This document shows positions 28,829-42,369 of a stretch of DNA of 64,000 nucleotides, in pieces (position 1 is the first letter of the stretch; each line of letters opens with the position of its first letter). Below the pieces are notes generated by a model. It saw only the letters and a list, made by a program, of their open reading frames with translations, was not told the origin of the DNA and searched no databases. Source of the stretch: Octopus sinensis (lineage: Eukaryota); assembly GCF_006345805.1 (NCBI RefSeq), contig NC_043004.1:97650001-97714000 (forward strand), written 5' to 3'. Both the position numbers and the translations under genes were made by a program.

Positions 28829-30609
28829 CTTTGACCAAGTAACCCACTTCATATAAATTCTTATAAATTCCAGAAGAACATCTTTTGAATATACTTTTAA
28901 AAAATGGCCCATGCTTGCATTTCATCTGTCTGGTAGGACTGGGTTTCATCCTGGCACTTATGAATAAGAGAAAATCTATATAACTGAGCACTGACTGACA
29001 TTTTCACAATCGTCTTAGAATTTAATATTAGCTTGCACTATTATAATGCTTTAATGTTCAGGTATTAATTTATAGTATTTTGTGATATTGAATTTTTAAT
29101 GATTGCTGCATCAGAACTATAAATAACAAAAATACTAGAAATAGATTCATTTGGAATTAGTCAGCTTAATACAAGTGAAATTTTAATGTTCTTATTTAGC
29201 TTCAAACAAATTCTAATTTTTACATAATGTTCCTATTCTATTTATATAATTGCATACAGCAACGTGCTGACTCTTGAAGAAGTGATAGATGTTGAATAAG
29301 CAACCAGAAGTTGGGAAATGACTGGCCATTATTGAAGATTTTCCAAATGGAGAATGTTGTGGCATGTCAGTGAAATACTGTCGATAAATCTGAAAAGGAA
29401 CTGAGAAAGTTAAAATTCTACACATGCCACACAACTATATATCATTAAGATAAAAATATCTTCCATTTTTGACTCAATAAATTTTGTTCACATTTACACC
29501 TAACACACACTGCATGTATTATTTATTGGCTGTAGACTTACATAAGTCACTCGAGGGCCTAGTTTTTTGACACCAAGGAACTTCAGCTTCCTAGCTAAAA
29601 GTAAAATACATACTTTGCATTATGCATTGAGATTTCTTCTCTCTCTTGGAAAACAAAATCTAAATAAATATACATGCATACATGCAGACATACATGTACA
29701 CACATACATACATACATACATACAACATACATACATACATACATACATACAGGCATATATACATATATATGCACATGCAAAAACACACACACACATATAT
29801 ATATTCAATAAATTCCTAATTATATTAGAGGGTACATGGAGCACCATCTTAGCTAGAAATTGGGAGTAAAACCCCCCAAATTAACCACAGCTTTCTAGTA
29901 AGTTGACGATCTTTGTACCTTCTAATATAATTGTGAATTTATTATGTAGCTTTTTAGTGCTAATATCGCTTACTGCCATTAATGTTATTGTTGTTAGCAT
30001 TAACAATTATTTAGATTTGCTGCTGATAATTATAATATTAATAACGTCTTTATGAGAATTCATTTGAATATTTACTCATTTATATATATATATACATACA
30101 TACATGCACACACACAAACACATATAAATATATGTATATATATATATATAAATATAAATAATATATAAATTTATGCATATATGCATAAGTATATGTACAT
30201 ACCTACATATCTACGTATATATACATGCATATATGGGTACAGGACATCAAAAAAACGTTGAACACAATGAGAAATGAAAACATAAAAACAAAAACATCGA
30301 ACTGAACTTTTTTCAAGCAACAAAAACAAAACAGAGAAACGAGACATACAACATAAAGAATATTCCCCTTCTTCAGTTGTCCCTGTTTCATCTACTCCAT
30401 TTTTCGAAGGTAAGGACAAGATGCAACTCCATTGAAACAGTCCTTCCCGCAAAGCAAATCAAATAAAATTTGGGATTTTTTGCAGAGGGTGAAAGTGGTA
30501 AAAAGAACAGGACAGCGAGAACAAAACACTAAAAACAATAAAAAAGCAAAAGCAGTAAAAGACAGAACAATGAGAACAAAGAAGTAATAAATATATATAT
30601 ATACATCAT

Positions 30610-30645
30610 CAAGAATAACTCCGGTAATTACCGGAGTTATTCTTG
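30610..30645. other. Perfect 36-bp palindrome
   Basis: caagaataactccggtaa|ttaccggagttattcttg. Confidence 0.95.
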
Positions 30646-30779
30646 TTGCTTAATTTGATTATAATCAACCCATGGATTTATATGGATAACGCCATACAGA
30701 ATTCTGGTGCACCTAACTTAAGTACCATATTCATTTGAATCTAAATTTTGCTGAACTTATATATATATACATATATATT

Positions 30780-31916
30780 TGAAAAATAAGCAAATAGAGA
30801 TTAATCCGTTAATAATTATATTTACTAATTGTAAAAATAGACTTAATCACTTACAGCTGTTTCAATTCAGACTTTAAAGATTTAAATTGAAATAATTAAA
30901 TTATTATCTAATAGAATTTGTCGGAAGTAGAAGAATAGATACACCATTACATTTTTATGTGCTAAGTGTACAGAACAATTCAGCCAATTGAGTATTGTTT
31001 TATGTATAAATTTAGTATAGACCTTATAAAGGGGGGAAAGGGTGTATATTTAAAAAGAAAATAAATGTATAATATACTCTGGGTAATCATTAAAAAGTAT
31101 AGAGATAAATAATATATAGTAATTAACTGTGTATTTAAGAATCATATTAGTAATGGGGGTAAATATGCTTATAAAAATTTAAGCAATAAGGGCGTATAAA
31201 TTTGTAAATAGAAATAAGAGATGGATATGTGTATATAAATATCAATGCATATATAAAAATACATAAAATATATGAAAATATATATAAAATTGCATATTTA
31301 TAAAGTTACATATTTACTCAATTTTTCTGCATGTGATTTCTGTACAGATATTTACATGTATCTGTTATGTGTGCGCATGTAAATATATATAAGTATATAT
31401 GCAAGATTTTTGTAGATATATGTTTATATATTTTTATGTATTTTTATATATGTATAAATATTTGAATGTATTTATATTTATATATAAAATATATATATGA
31501 ATATATCTATAACTCCATCCATTTCTTATTTTTATTTACAAATTTATACACTCTTATTGCTTAAATTTTTATAAATATACTTACCCCAAAACTATTATGA
31601 TACTTAAATACACGATTAATCACTATATAATATTTATCTCTATACTTTTTAATGATTACCCAGAGTATATTATATATTTACTTTCTTTATAAATATACAC
31701 CCTTTCCCCACTTTATAAGTTCTATATCAAATTTATCCATAAAACTATACTCAGCTAAATTGCTCTGTACACTTAACATATAAAAATGTAATGGTATATC
31801 TTTTTTTCTACTGAATTCATTAAAGTCTGAATCAAAATAGCTGTCAGGGATTATGTCTATTTTTGCAATTAATAAATATAATTATTAATTGATTAATCTT
31901 TATTTTCTTATTTTCC
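30780..31916. repeat. ~1.1-kb imperfect fold-back (inverted repeat)
   Basis: 30780-31360 is the diverged reverse complement of 31375-31916, e.g. gggaaagggtgtatattt versus aaatatacaccctttcccc. Confidence 0.85.
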
Positions 31917-32086
31917 TTAAATATAAAACTTGGTTTATCTAATTACCTATTATTTATGAGTATTAAAATTAATATTCAAAACAAATAGTAGGTAATAAAC
32001 CTACTTCATGATATATATATATATATGATGGAAGGAAGGTTTTTATGATACTCTGAGGGTATCTTCTTCTTCCATCATAATTATTC

Positions 32087-34063
32087 TGTTGACTCAAGGA
32101 GCTGGAAATGCGAAGAATGAAATTTTCAAGCAGAGTAAATTCAATAACCGTTTATTCACAGGTGCTTCGTACAAGGGGTTTGCTTTCAATAACCACCTTC
32201 ACAGTAATGCGTAGTTAGCCTTCTCTCCCATACGCGTGAGGTTCAATAACCTCTGCAGACAATGCAAGTGGTATCACAGCGGGACAAAAGTCCACTTTGA
32301 GCTCCTGGCTTCGAAGTCTTGCTCGGCGTCAGAGTGAGAAGAAAGGAGAGGGAAATTGTTGTTGTCTTTTCCTTAAATAATGGTTGCAGGCGAGATCTCG
32401 TCGTTTTAAAATGACACTGACTTCTTTGTGTCTCTCTATAGTGGCTCATCCCTGAGAACGCCGGTGTGAAAATAGAGAATAACTGTAGAAGGCACAAGAA
32501 AAGAGTAATGATGGTAACCGATCGCAAACAACAAAATTTGGTACAAAAATGTGACGAGTCAAAAACGAAAATAATTGCAAGAAATATAAAGTATTATGCA
32601 CAAAATTTGACAAAATGATCAATGGCAGAGTATTAGAATTATTCAGTAACACAAGAAAGCAATTATCTGTCACAGGAAACACAAAAGAGATTGTCAGATA
32701 TAAATAGTTTTAGTGCGTTTGGGGGACCAATGCATAGTACGGCCTGTCCTGGTGACATAAAGCTTACTTTTGTTAGATTGTGGCAACGAAGGTGGATGTG
32801 TAGGTGATGATGTGTTCAAAGGTGCATGTGCAGGTGGATGTGTAGGTGGTTGTAAATGATCAAAAGTGGGCGTGGCCTGAGTGTCATCGAAGACTGTGGA
32901 AACCTCAAAGTATGCCTTTTTAAGTCTGTCGACTGACACTGTCTCTGCCCGACTATTGATGTCGAGAGTAAAAGTTTTGGGTGTGCGCGATAGTACACAA
33001 AACAGTACTTTATAGGGAGAATCATCTCGAGGGAATAGATTGGTCACGTTGGTGAAAGACTGGAGAAATACGAGCGAAGTTTGCTGACATACGACGTTGG
33101 ATCAGGATGTGATGAACCGGCTGGTGCTAACATTGTACCAGGAAATGCCAAGGTGGTACTGTAAAGGAGTTCGGCAGAGGAGAAACCTAAGTCTGACTGA
33201 ACGGCAGTGCGACATCCAAGAAGAAAGATAGGCAGGAATTCTGTCCAAGACTGCGAATCAGGAGTGGCGCGTAGAGCAGCCTTTAGTTGCCTGTGAAAAC
33301 GTTCGATGCTGGGTGGTAGCTGGTCTTACGAATGTGATGAACCCCTAGGATTCGTAGTAATTCGTGAAATAAGGAAGCTTCGAACTGGCAAATACGGTCA
33401 GTGGTTATCTTAGCTGGAACATCAAAACGAGCAATCCAATTAGAAACGAAAGCTCGAGCAACTGACTCAACGGAAATGTCCACTGCTGGAATGGCTCCTG
33501 GCCAACAAGAGAAACGATCGTCACATGTCAATATGTAAAAGAAACCGCGACTGATAGGTCATGGGCCAATATGATCAATGTGGACACGACGAAAGAGTGT
33601 CTCCGGCGGAGAAAAACTATCTAAGAAGAGCGCGAATATGCCTGCGGCTTTTAGAACGCTGGCATTTCACACAAGAGCGTGCCCAAGCGGTGATCATCCG
33701 GTGCATATTAGGCCAGAAAAACCGAGCCGTAATAAGCTTCATCGAGGCAACGATGCCAGGATATGACAGTGAGTGCAAGGCATCAAAAAGGGAACGCTGG
33801 TGGTTTGCGGGCACAAACGGCCAGGGAGAACCAGTAGCTGTCTCACAAAGGATTGTGGCTTCAGTCGACGGAAGGGGAAGATAGACAAGCTTGCAACAGG
33901 ACAACTTGGTAAAAGTTAGATCCACTGTGTCCAGAGCTGGCTGATCCTGCGCAATGGTAGTTAAATCGATTGCAGCAGATGAAAGAGAACACACAGGGAG
34001 ATGAGATACTCTTGCTTGTGTTTGTGAAATTTTTGTATCTCTGCCGTAAAGCTTCATTTCCAC
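32087..34063 (-). mobile_element. Gypsy LTR retrotransposon 3' remnant (integrase, PPT, 3' LTR)
   Basis: Putative LTR 32087-32440 (ends ...CAACA, contains AATAAA), PPT-like AGGGATGAGCCAC at 32441-32453, integrase fragments upstream. Confidence 0.85.
32694..34063 (-). pseudogene. Gypsy integrase, disrupted
   Basis: Zn-binding LHSLSYPG...RFFWPNM...WARSCVKCQRSK; core RVHIDHIGP...DRFSCWP...WIARFDVPAKITTDR...SYHPASN; C-terminal SPYKVL...VSVDRLKKAY; split over several frames. Confidence 0.9.
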
Positions 34064-34095
34064 ATGTGCCAGCTTAATTCAATTCGTCCTTAGTT

Positions 34096-34430
34096 GAAAG
34101 ACACCTGTTGTTATGTCCTGTTATTATTTTTATTGTATTTATATTTGTGTAACTTTGTCCGTTGTTTCCTTCCTTGTATTTGTATACGTTCGCTGCTTTC
34201 TTCCAAGGAATCTAATGCTCTTAGCTTAGTTTTTCTTTGGGTCTTGCCAGATTGGAGCAGTCTCAAATTAATCAGCCGAAATTGCGAGGATAATTTGGTG
34301 CTTGACTGAGGAAAGAAAACTTCGAATGACTCGTCCTTGTTTTCTTTCTATCTCTATCTGGATGTTTTGTTGTTCCTTTTTGTATCACCTAGCTGTTCGG
34401 ATGTTTTGCTTTCTTGTCCGATTTTGCATT
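34096..34430. mobile_element. Microsatellite-flanked interspersed repeat (possible PLE pLTR-like fragment)
   Basis: Second diverged copy at 54451-54730; both abut (CA/TA)n. PLE origin is inference. Confidence 0.5.
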
Positions 34431-34443
34431 ATACACACACACA

Positions 34444-34490
<47 letters not shown>

Positions 34491-34499
34491 GCACATACA

Positions 34500-34585
<86 letters not shown>

Positions 34586-35525
34586 GCATGTATGTATGTA
34601 TGTATTTTTAAAATAGTCTTGTAATAGCTAAATTACTAATTGGTTTCATGCCAGAAATGAATGAAGAAATGGAGAACTATCTCCAGCAATCATCAGAAAT
34701 GGCTAAAAGGAATAGTATACGTCCTTTGTCATTGCAAGCTTGAAAGTGTCACATCTTATTTGAGGAGGGACTTAGGGCTGTAGTAAAAGAAGAGAACTAA
34801 ATTCATGTCAGATATTACCTAGTCCAAGGAGGAAAAAAACTATATTTGTTACCTTAGTTAATAAGCATTTCTCTCAAAACACAATATAGGAGAACTTTTC
34901 CTAATCATACTTTGAATGTCTCTCTTTGCAGCGATCAGCAAGTAGGTGCAGCCCTAGAACAAAGCACATTGCTCATGCAGAGATAATATCATGTGTCCAC
35001 TCAATGGCCACTGTAATACAGTAACTATTGTGCAAACGTAATGTTAAACATGCTTCTGGAGTCACGAATGTATTGTGATATGTGGGCATGACAGGAATCC
35101 CTTCAGAATTCAATAACTTCAGTTCCTCATTAAATATCCAAGTGAGGCAAAATATCACAACTCTCATGTGACATGTATAGACACTGAAAGCAGACGTTAC
35201 ACATTTTGAAATCAAGCAGAGGATACAAGAAACGTGCAAATCTTATTTTAGCAGCAGTACATGGTGTGTACTTTGCTAAGCTGTGAACAAAATTACATTA
35301 AAAACTTCCTTCTCCTACATGCGTACATAAAATATTGAAGCAAAGTTTTTTTTTTCTCCTACCCACATGAATGTAGATATATGTTAGCAAACTATCCAAC
35401 TGAAATTTCAGTATAAACTTCGTCCCTCCACACTTTCATGTTTCCACTCACGAAAAGTAAAATATAAAATTTTTCACAACAATCTATGATATGTACAACA
35501 CCATATGCACACATGCATGTACATA

Positions 35526-35927
35526 GGCATAGGAGTGGCTGTGTGGTAAGTAGCTTGCTAACCAACCACATGGTTGCGGGTTCAGTCCCACTGCGTGGAA
35601 TCTTGGGCAAGTGTCTTCTGCTATAGCCCCGGGCCGACCAATGCCTTGTGAGTGGATTTGGTAGATGGAAACTGAAAGAAGCCTGTCGTATATATGTATA
35701 TATATGTGTGGTTTGGTGTCTGTGTTGTCCCCCTAGCATTGCTTGACAACCGATGCTGGTGTGTTACGTCCCCGTCACTTAGCGGTCTCGGCAAAAAAGA
35801 CCGATAGAATAAGTACTGGGCTTACAAAGAATAAGTCTCGGGGTCGATTTGATTGACTAAAGGCGGTGCTCCAGCATGGCTGCAGTCAAATGACTGAAAC
35901 AAGTAAAAGAGTAAAAGAGTAAAAGAG
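35526..35927 (+). mobile_element. SINE family A, full length
   Basis: Close match; AAAAGAGT x3 tail. Confidence 0.9.
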
Positions 35928-36771
35928 TATGACTATACAGTATGCTAAAATTAGCTCTCCCCCACTCTCCATATACTCACTCTTCCACTCTTTTCCTGTA
36001 CATCTATTACACCTTGCCTTTCTCACCCTAATCTCGCCCTACAAACAAATATCTTGGATCTTTGTGTGGTTCTTAGTGCTGTCTTGCAGAAGATTAGCCA
36101 CCTCTCTAGCAGTGGTGCTATGAGAAAATGCATCTTGTTCATTCTGTAAAGAGGCTGGCAATCGTGAATAGTGGAAGGGCATCAATCTATGTGATGAGCA
36201 CTGATCTATGTGAGCAATAGCTACCTATATAAGAATACGCACGCCATGGCAAACTGTTCAACCCATGCCAGCCTAGAAATTAGAAGCAGAGTATCAATGA
36301 TTATCTATATATACAATCATAATATATATATGTGTGTGTGTGTTATCATCATCATCATCATCAACGTTTAACGTCGGCTTTCCATGCTAGCATGGGTAGG
36401 ACGATTTTGACTGAGGGCTGTATAAATATATATATTCAGATACACATCTGTATAAATTTAATTTTATATAGATACATGTAATATATATATATATATATAT
36501 ATATTTACATACACACTTACATTAAACAATGACGATAATCATGATGACATATATATATATATATATATAGATAATAATTAATAAGGACCCTTATTAATTA
36601 ATTATAATTATGCTGCATTTATTTCTAAATGCTGATTTGTTTTTCCGTGAAAATTTGGCGCGCTGTTAGTTGGGGCATTTGAATTATAACGCCGGATTAA
36701 TCAATGAACCACAGCGTATTTATCGTTATGGTAAAATCTGGCGTGTGATTGAGTGGATTTCATCCAGATAG

Positions 36772-36853
36772 TTTTGGCTGAGGAGCTACAAGTGGATTTT
36801 TTTGTAAGTAAAATTACATTTAATTCATTAATAGCGAAACAATTGTCCCAAAA
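36772..36853 (+). ncRNA. Type I hammerhead ribozyme motif
   Basis: TTTTGG-CTGAGGA-GCTA..43 nt..TAGC-GAAA-C-AATT-GTC-CCAAAA; all core nucleotides and helices I, II and III present. Confidence 0.85.
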
Positions 36854-37827
36854 TAATCTGTATTTTTGTATTTTTTATTTGCCCTGTCCGTGTGAGCCTA
36901 CAATCGTACTGACTTTAATGGAAACATGTATTTTTGTGGTTGAAACCTTTTGGATTAACTGGTGCTAGAGTGAGCCATAGTGACCACTCTCTTATATTTA
37001 TCATATATATATATAGATATATATATATACATACATTTACATACTATTTACATTAAACGATGATGATGATGATGAAGATGACATATATATATATATATAT
37101 CTTATATATATATATATATGTATATATATGTATATTTATACACACACACACACTCTCTCTCTCACACACATGCACACACATGTATCTATATCTTCATTTT
37201 ATTTTGATTGAAATAAAAATGTTTTTATATTCTTCTTTCTTTCTCTCTCTCTTCCTCTCTCTCTCATTTTGCATGTTCACCTTATTCTCTCTCACCTGTC
37301 CACAAGCACGTACACACACAAAACATAAATATCCTCATTTATCAGATGTTCATTCACAAAAATTTCTCACACCTACAGACAAATACTTGTGTATGTGTAT
37401 GTTTCCAAGTGTATAGGATATAAAAATAAGCAAATATATCAATATTACAATATATTTATGTATGTATATATTTAGATGTGTGTTTTTGTTGCAAATAAAA
37501 TCTCAAAAATACATAGTAGATAATTTATTTCTTCTTGAAAACCATTTTTAGAAGTTAACTTAATGAGTATGAAAAAATATTCATTTTTCAAGCAATCATA
37601 TAATTAATTACATTGAACTAGAATGGATAGACACTGAGAAATTAATATATTGTTTTATATATAGATTAAAATACATACACACATCCATAAAATAATGTAT
37701 CTAGAACACAGATAATATTTTTGGTATCAATACAGAAGTGAACTATGATCAGTTCTCAGGCCTTGATCAGTAGTAACAAAAGGGGTCTTGTTAGAAAATT
37801 AATCACTTAAAATCTATCAAAGAAATC

Positions 37828-38330
37828 ATCATTGTTCGACCGTGGTCGAGACAATGGAACTTACTATGTTACGCCAGACTTCATGGTCCATCATAGCATT
37901 ATGGAGGTCCTGTATCCCTGGAGATTACATCAGAGTAGGCAAGTGTGCGCCCTCTGGTATCGTGAGCAGATGGCTTCCAGGGGAGAAGAGTAGAAATTAC
38001 CTCGTTTTCAGCTCTACAACAATGTCCAGCAAACTGGACTCTTTTACATTTCACAAGAGATGATACAGGTGGTAACTTCCCATATATTTTTACTTTGGTT
38101 GGATGACGCTTCCACGAGATATTTTGAGCTCTCATAAGGAGGCGAGTGTAAGTTCCATCCAACTGCCTCTCAAGCTTCTTCGATAGCATCCAGGTTTCTG
38201 AGCCATATAGTAGAATTGGTTTCGACTGTGGCTTTGAAGATTTTAAGTTTGAAATCTCTACTTAGATTTGATGACCAGATCTTATGCATATCATTACAGG
38301 CTGACCAGGCCTTAACCTTTCTAGTTAGAA
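37828..38330 (-). mobile_element. RTE-type LINE 3' fragment
   Basis: KAWSACNDMHKIWSSNLSRDFKLKIFKATVE / ERQLDGTYTRLLMRAQNISWKRHPT...QFAGHCCR; (ATG)n-like tail. Confidence 0.85.
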
Positions 38331-38507
38331 AATCTTTTTCTAAGAAATAGTGGAAAATAATGGATATCCAATATTTGTGATGATTGTAGCAAATGTTCTC
38401 ACCTTTAAAAAATACCTTTAGAAAGAGCTCCAAAAGCCGAAATCAACATTAAAGTGTTCTTTGAAATGAACTTACAGGAATGAGCTTTATGATAATATGA
38501 GAAATAA

Positions 38508-38846
38508 CTCTTTTACTCTTTTACTCTTTTACTTGTTTCAGTCATTTGACTGCGGCCATGCTGGAGCACCGCCTTTAATCGAGCAACTCGACCCCGGGAC
38601 TTATTCTTTGGTAAGCCCAGTACTTATTCTATTGGTCCCTTTTGCCGAACCGCTAAGTAACGGGGACATAAACACACCAGCATCGGTTGTCAAGCAATGC
38701 TAGGGGGACAAATACAGACACACAAACACACACACGCATATATATATATACATATATACGACTGGCTTCTTTCAGTTTCCGTCTACCAAATCCACTCACA
38801 AGGCATTGGTTGGCCCGAAGCTATAGTAGAAGACACTTGCCCAAGG
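38508..38846 (-). mobile_element. SINE family A, 5'-truncated and joined to a degenerate family B copy
   Basis: Tail and body intact; head stops at gcccaaggt. Confidence 0.85.
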
Positions 38847-39303
38847 TCAAATTTTGACACAAGGCAGTAATTTTAGGGGATGGGTCAATCAGTTACATTG
38901 ATCCTAGTGCACAACTGGTACTTCTTTTATCAACCCCAAAATTATGAATGGCGAAGTTGATCTCAGCAGTATTTGAACTAAAAAGGTAAAGCCGGAAGAA
39001 AAGGTGCTAATCATATTGTCTGGCATGCTAACAAATCTACCAGTTTGCTGCTTTAATGTAGAAATAAGGATTTGCACATATAAGGAAAATATTTATTTGT
39101 GCAGGGCCTGTTTACTCTGTTACTCTTTTATTTGTTTCAGTCATTTGACTGTGGCCATGATGGAGCACCGCCTTTAGTCGAGCAAATCAACCCCAGGACT
39201 TATTCTTTGTAAGCCTAGTACTTATTCTATCAGTCTATTTTGCCGAACCGCTAAGTTGAGGGAACATAAACACACCAGCATTGGTTGTCAAGCAACACAA
39301 ACT

Positions 39304-39437
<134 letters not shown>

Positions 39438-39599
39438 CACATATATATATATATACATATAAATGATGTTAAACTCAGGTGTTATTCAAATTCTTTTACT
39501 TCTGACACATATTTCGAAGATATCACTGGTATTATTCCAAAGGAATAAAATGTTGTAAAACAATGTAATCTTCTGTTCAGGGAAATGAAGAAAGGAAAC

Positions 39600-39922
39600 T
39601 CTTTGTAAGCCTAGTACTTATCCTATCAGTCCCTTTTGTTGAACTGCTAAGTTACAGGGACGTAAACACACCAGCATCGGTTATCAAGTGATGTTGGGGA
39701 AGAAACACAGACACACAAACACATGCACACACAAACACACACACACACACATATATATACATGTATACGACAAGTTTCTTTCAGTTTCCATCTACCAAAT
39801 CCACTCACAATGCTTTGGTCGGTCCAAGGCTATAGTAGAAGATACTTGCCCAAGGTGCCATGCAGTGGGACTGAACCCGGAACCATGTGGTTGGTAAGCA
39901 AGCTACTTACCACACAGCCACT
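39600..39922 (-). mobile_element. SINE family A
   Basis: Head at 39922; a further tail-only copy lies at 39113-39297. Confidence 0.85.
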
Positions 39923-40073
39923 TTTAGCAAAGAACTCAATAAATTCCTATTCAGAATAATGACAATAATAAAGAAGCAACATTTGGAAATGCAGATATTG
40001 TGTGTGTGTGTGTGTGTTTGCATGTGTGCCTCATTCATGTGTATATGTATGCATGTTTAGTTGTGTGGGAATA

Positions 40074-40117
<44 letters not shown>

Positions 40118-40175
40118 AAAAACGGTAAGATAACAAAAGAAAGAAAGAGACCTCAATATTATGTAAATAGAGATG

Positions 40176-40245
40176 GCCAGATAACTGAAGAGATGGTGTT
40201 GTGGATTTCCACTTCGGCATCCGAAACTCAGAGTTTTATCTTGGC
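40176..40245 (+). ncRNA. Type I hammerhead ribozyme motif
   Basis: GCCAGATAA-CTGAAGA-GATG...CATC-C-GAAA-CTC-A-GAG-TT-TTATCTTGGC; helix I pairs with one bulge. Confidence 0.7.
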
Positions 40246-40282
40246 TATTGAAAAATTGTCACATATTATTTTACAGATATAC

Positions 40283-40314
<32 letters not shown>

Positions 40315-40349
40315 CACACCACACATATATAATATATATATATATATAT

Positions 40350-40890
40350 CTACTTTCGCTATCTACTTTCCTTTCTCTACAGTAAAGATAATCGAACACA
40401 CAGACACAGACCTCTCACCTCACAGCTGTCAGTTTTCTGACATCTACCCAGCCACAAACACAATCACGCATTCAGACACACACATACACACATTAAGACA
40501 GTTATATACAGTCACACACACAGGCACTCATTCATAAAAGAAATCATTTAAACCCACCATTCTTTTGACCTGCACTCTCTCACCTTACTATTCTTATGCC
40601 TCCCTCCTCCTACTTCGTTTGAACCCTTGAACCTTCTAGATTCTTCTACATTCAGCCATTCTGACGTCACTCCTTATAAAGAGACACTCATTATCACATG
40701 GGCTCCTTGAGAGCGGTCAGCTAAAAGTTTTTTGTGCATTTTGATGTCGACATAAGTTCCTTGATTTTCCTGATGAGAAATCTGCATAATGTACTCCTTA
40801 TTCCTTCAGAATTAGGAATATGCAGCCTTCGAAACATATGTCGAGAATAAAGGATATTTGTTAACTAGTCGTTCAACTCCATTCTTTCAT
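40350..40890 (+). mobile_element. Putative solo PLE pseudo-LTR in (TA)n
   Basis: Flanked by (TA)n, contains TATA-like ccttataaag and an HHR near its 3' end. Confidence 0.6.
40759..40853 (+). ncRNA. Type I hammerhead ribozyme motif with long helix II
   Basis: CCTTGATTTTC-CTGATGA-GAAATCTGCATA...TATGCAGCCTTC-GAAA-C-ATAT-GTC-GAGAATAAAGG; 11-bp helix I with one mismatch. Confidence 0.85.
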
Positions 40891-42334
40891 ATACTTATAA
40901 TATATATATAGGGGGAGAATTCACAAAAAAAAAAACCAAAGACAAAGACAGGTGGTGTAGACAACAAACAGATGTATTAGTTTAATGCTCAGGAAGTGAA
41001 AAAGTCTTTAATGTTTCAAGCATACGCTCTTCCACAGAAAGGAACATAGAAAGAGACATGGGAAGAAAATAAAGAGGCACACTTGTGTCAGGAAAGGCAA
41101 CAAGAGGGGCATCTGCTTGTATATATATGTATATATATGTGTGTGTGTATATATATAATATTTATATCTATATATTTGCATATGTATATATATTCATGTA
41201 GTTTCTGGCCTATAATTGTGAATGTGTATGTATGCATGTATGCATGTGTGTGGACATATCCACTATTTTTTATATATATCTTTTCATGGTTTATTTTCCT
41301 CAAGTTTGCTTTTTATAAAATGTTAATTTTTAATGTGGTAGGCAATTTTCGGGCAATGTGTATAGCTTCCATTTTTTTATATATTTAATATATATATAAT
41401 TTTTCTTTTACACATTGTATTTATTCAATGTTAACTAAAATACATTTAGCTTCAAAATTTTATTCTCTTTTTTGTGTGTTTCCTTTTTCATATTTTCTAT
41501 CCTATTTGTTTATTTGTTTATTTATATTTTTAATATGAATATATTATTTTTCTTATGTAAATTCTATATGTGGCTGTTAATACTCTCTGTTTTGATCTGT
41601 GGCCCTCGGTTTTCTCACAGGAACTTCCAATTGTTCTCTAACCTAAATGTTTTCAACTTCTCCTCCTTATTGTCAGAAGCTTTCATTAGAATATCTCTAA
41701 GTTTGCATAGCTGATAGGGTTCACTTAAGAAGCTTCCATTAGAATATCTCTAATTTGCAGTTGGTTTACATAGTTGACCAATATCACTTAAGTTAATCTT
41801 GACTAATTAGTTAGTGGTAATGTTATAAATTCATGCTGCGTTGTAAATTTAATATACAACATATCTGTTCTCCCACTAACATGGAAAGAAAACTTACTAT
41901 GATAGCTTGAAATTATAACATTACCACTAACTACTTAGTAATGATTATCTCAAGTGAAACTGGTTGACTATGTAAATATATTATCTCATATATTATATAT
42001 TATATATATATATATTATATATATATATATATATAAAGTAGTAGTAGTAGTAGTATAGTGGATGGTGGTGGTGGTGGTGGTGGTAGTAGGGTGGTGGGTA
42101 AGTAGGGTGGTGGGTGGTGGTGGTGGTGGTAGGTGGTAACGGCAGCAGCAGTAGCACCAGTAGTAAGCAGTGTAGTAGTAGTATTAGTAGTAGTAGAAAG
42201 CGGACGTTAAACGATGATGATGATGATGATGATATATATATATAAAGTTAATCCAAACATGAAAACACAACAACACAAGAACGTGGAACAAATATAGTAT
42301 TATTGGACACTCAGGAAAGAAGGAAAGAAGCAGG

Positions 42335-42369
42335 GTTTAACGTTTCGAGCAGAGCTCTTCATCAAAAAC
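42335..42369 (-). ncRNA. Minimal hammerhead-like motif (C3U variant)
   Basis: GTTT-TTGATGA-A-GAGC-TCT-GCTC-GAAACGTT-AAAC. Confidence 0.6.

Noticed and set aside
30340-30385. Minus-strand CTGAAGAAGGGGAATATTC as a hammerhead
   Set aside because: No downstream GAAA or cleavage triplet in register.
34300-34340. CTGAGGA-AAG-AAAA-CTT-CGAAT as a hammerhead
   Set aside because: GAAA is replaced by GAAT and no helix I pairing was found.
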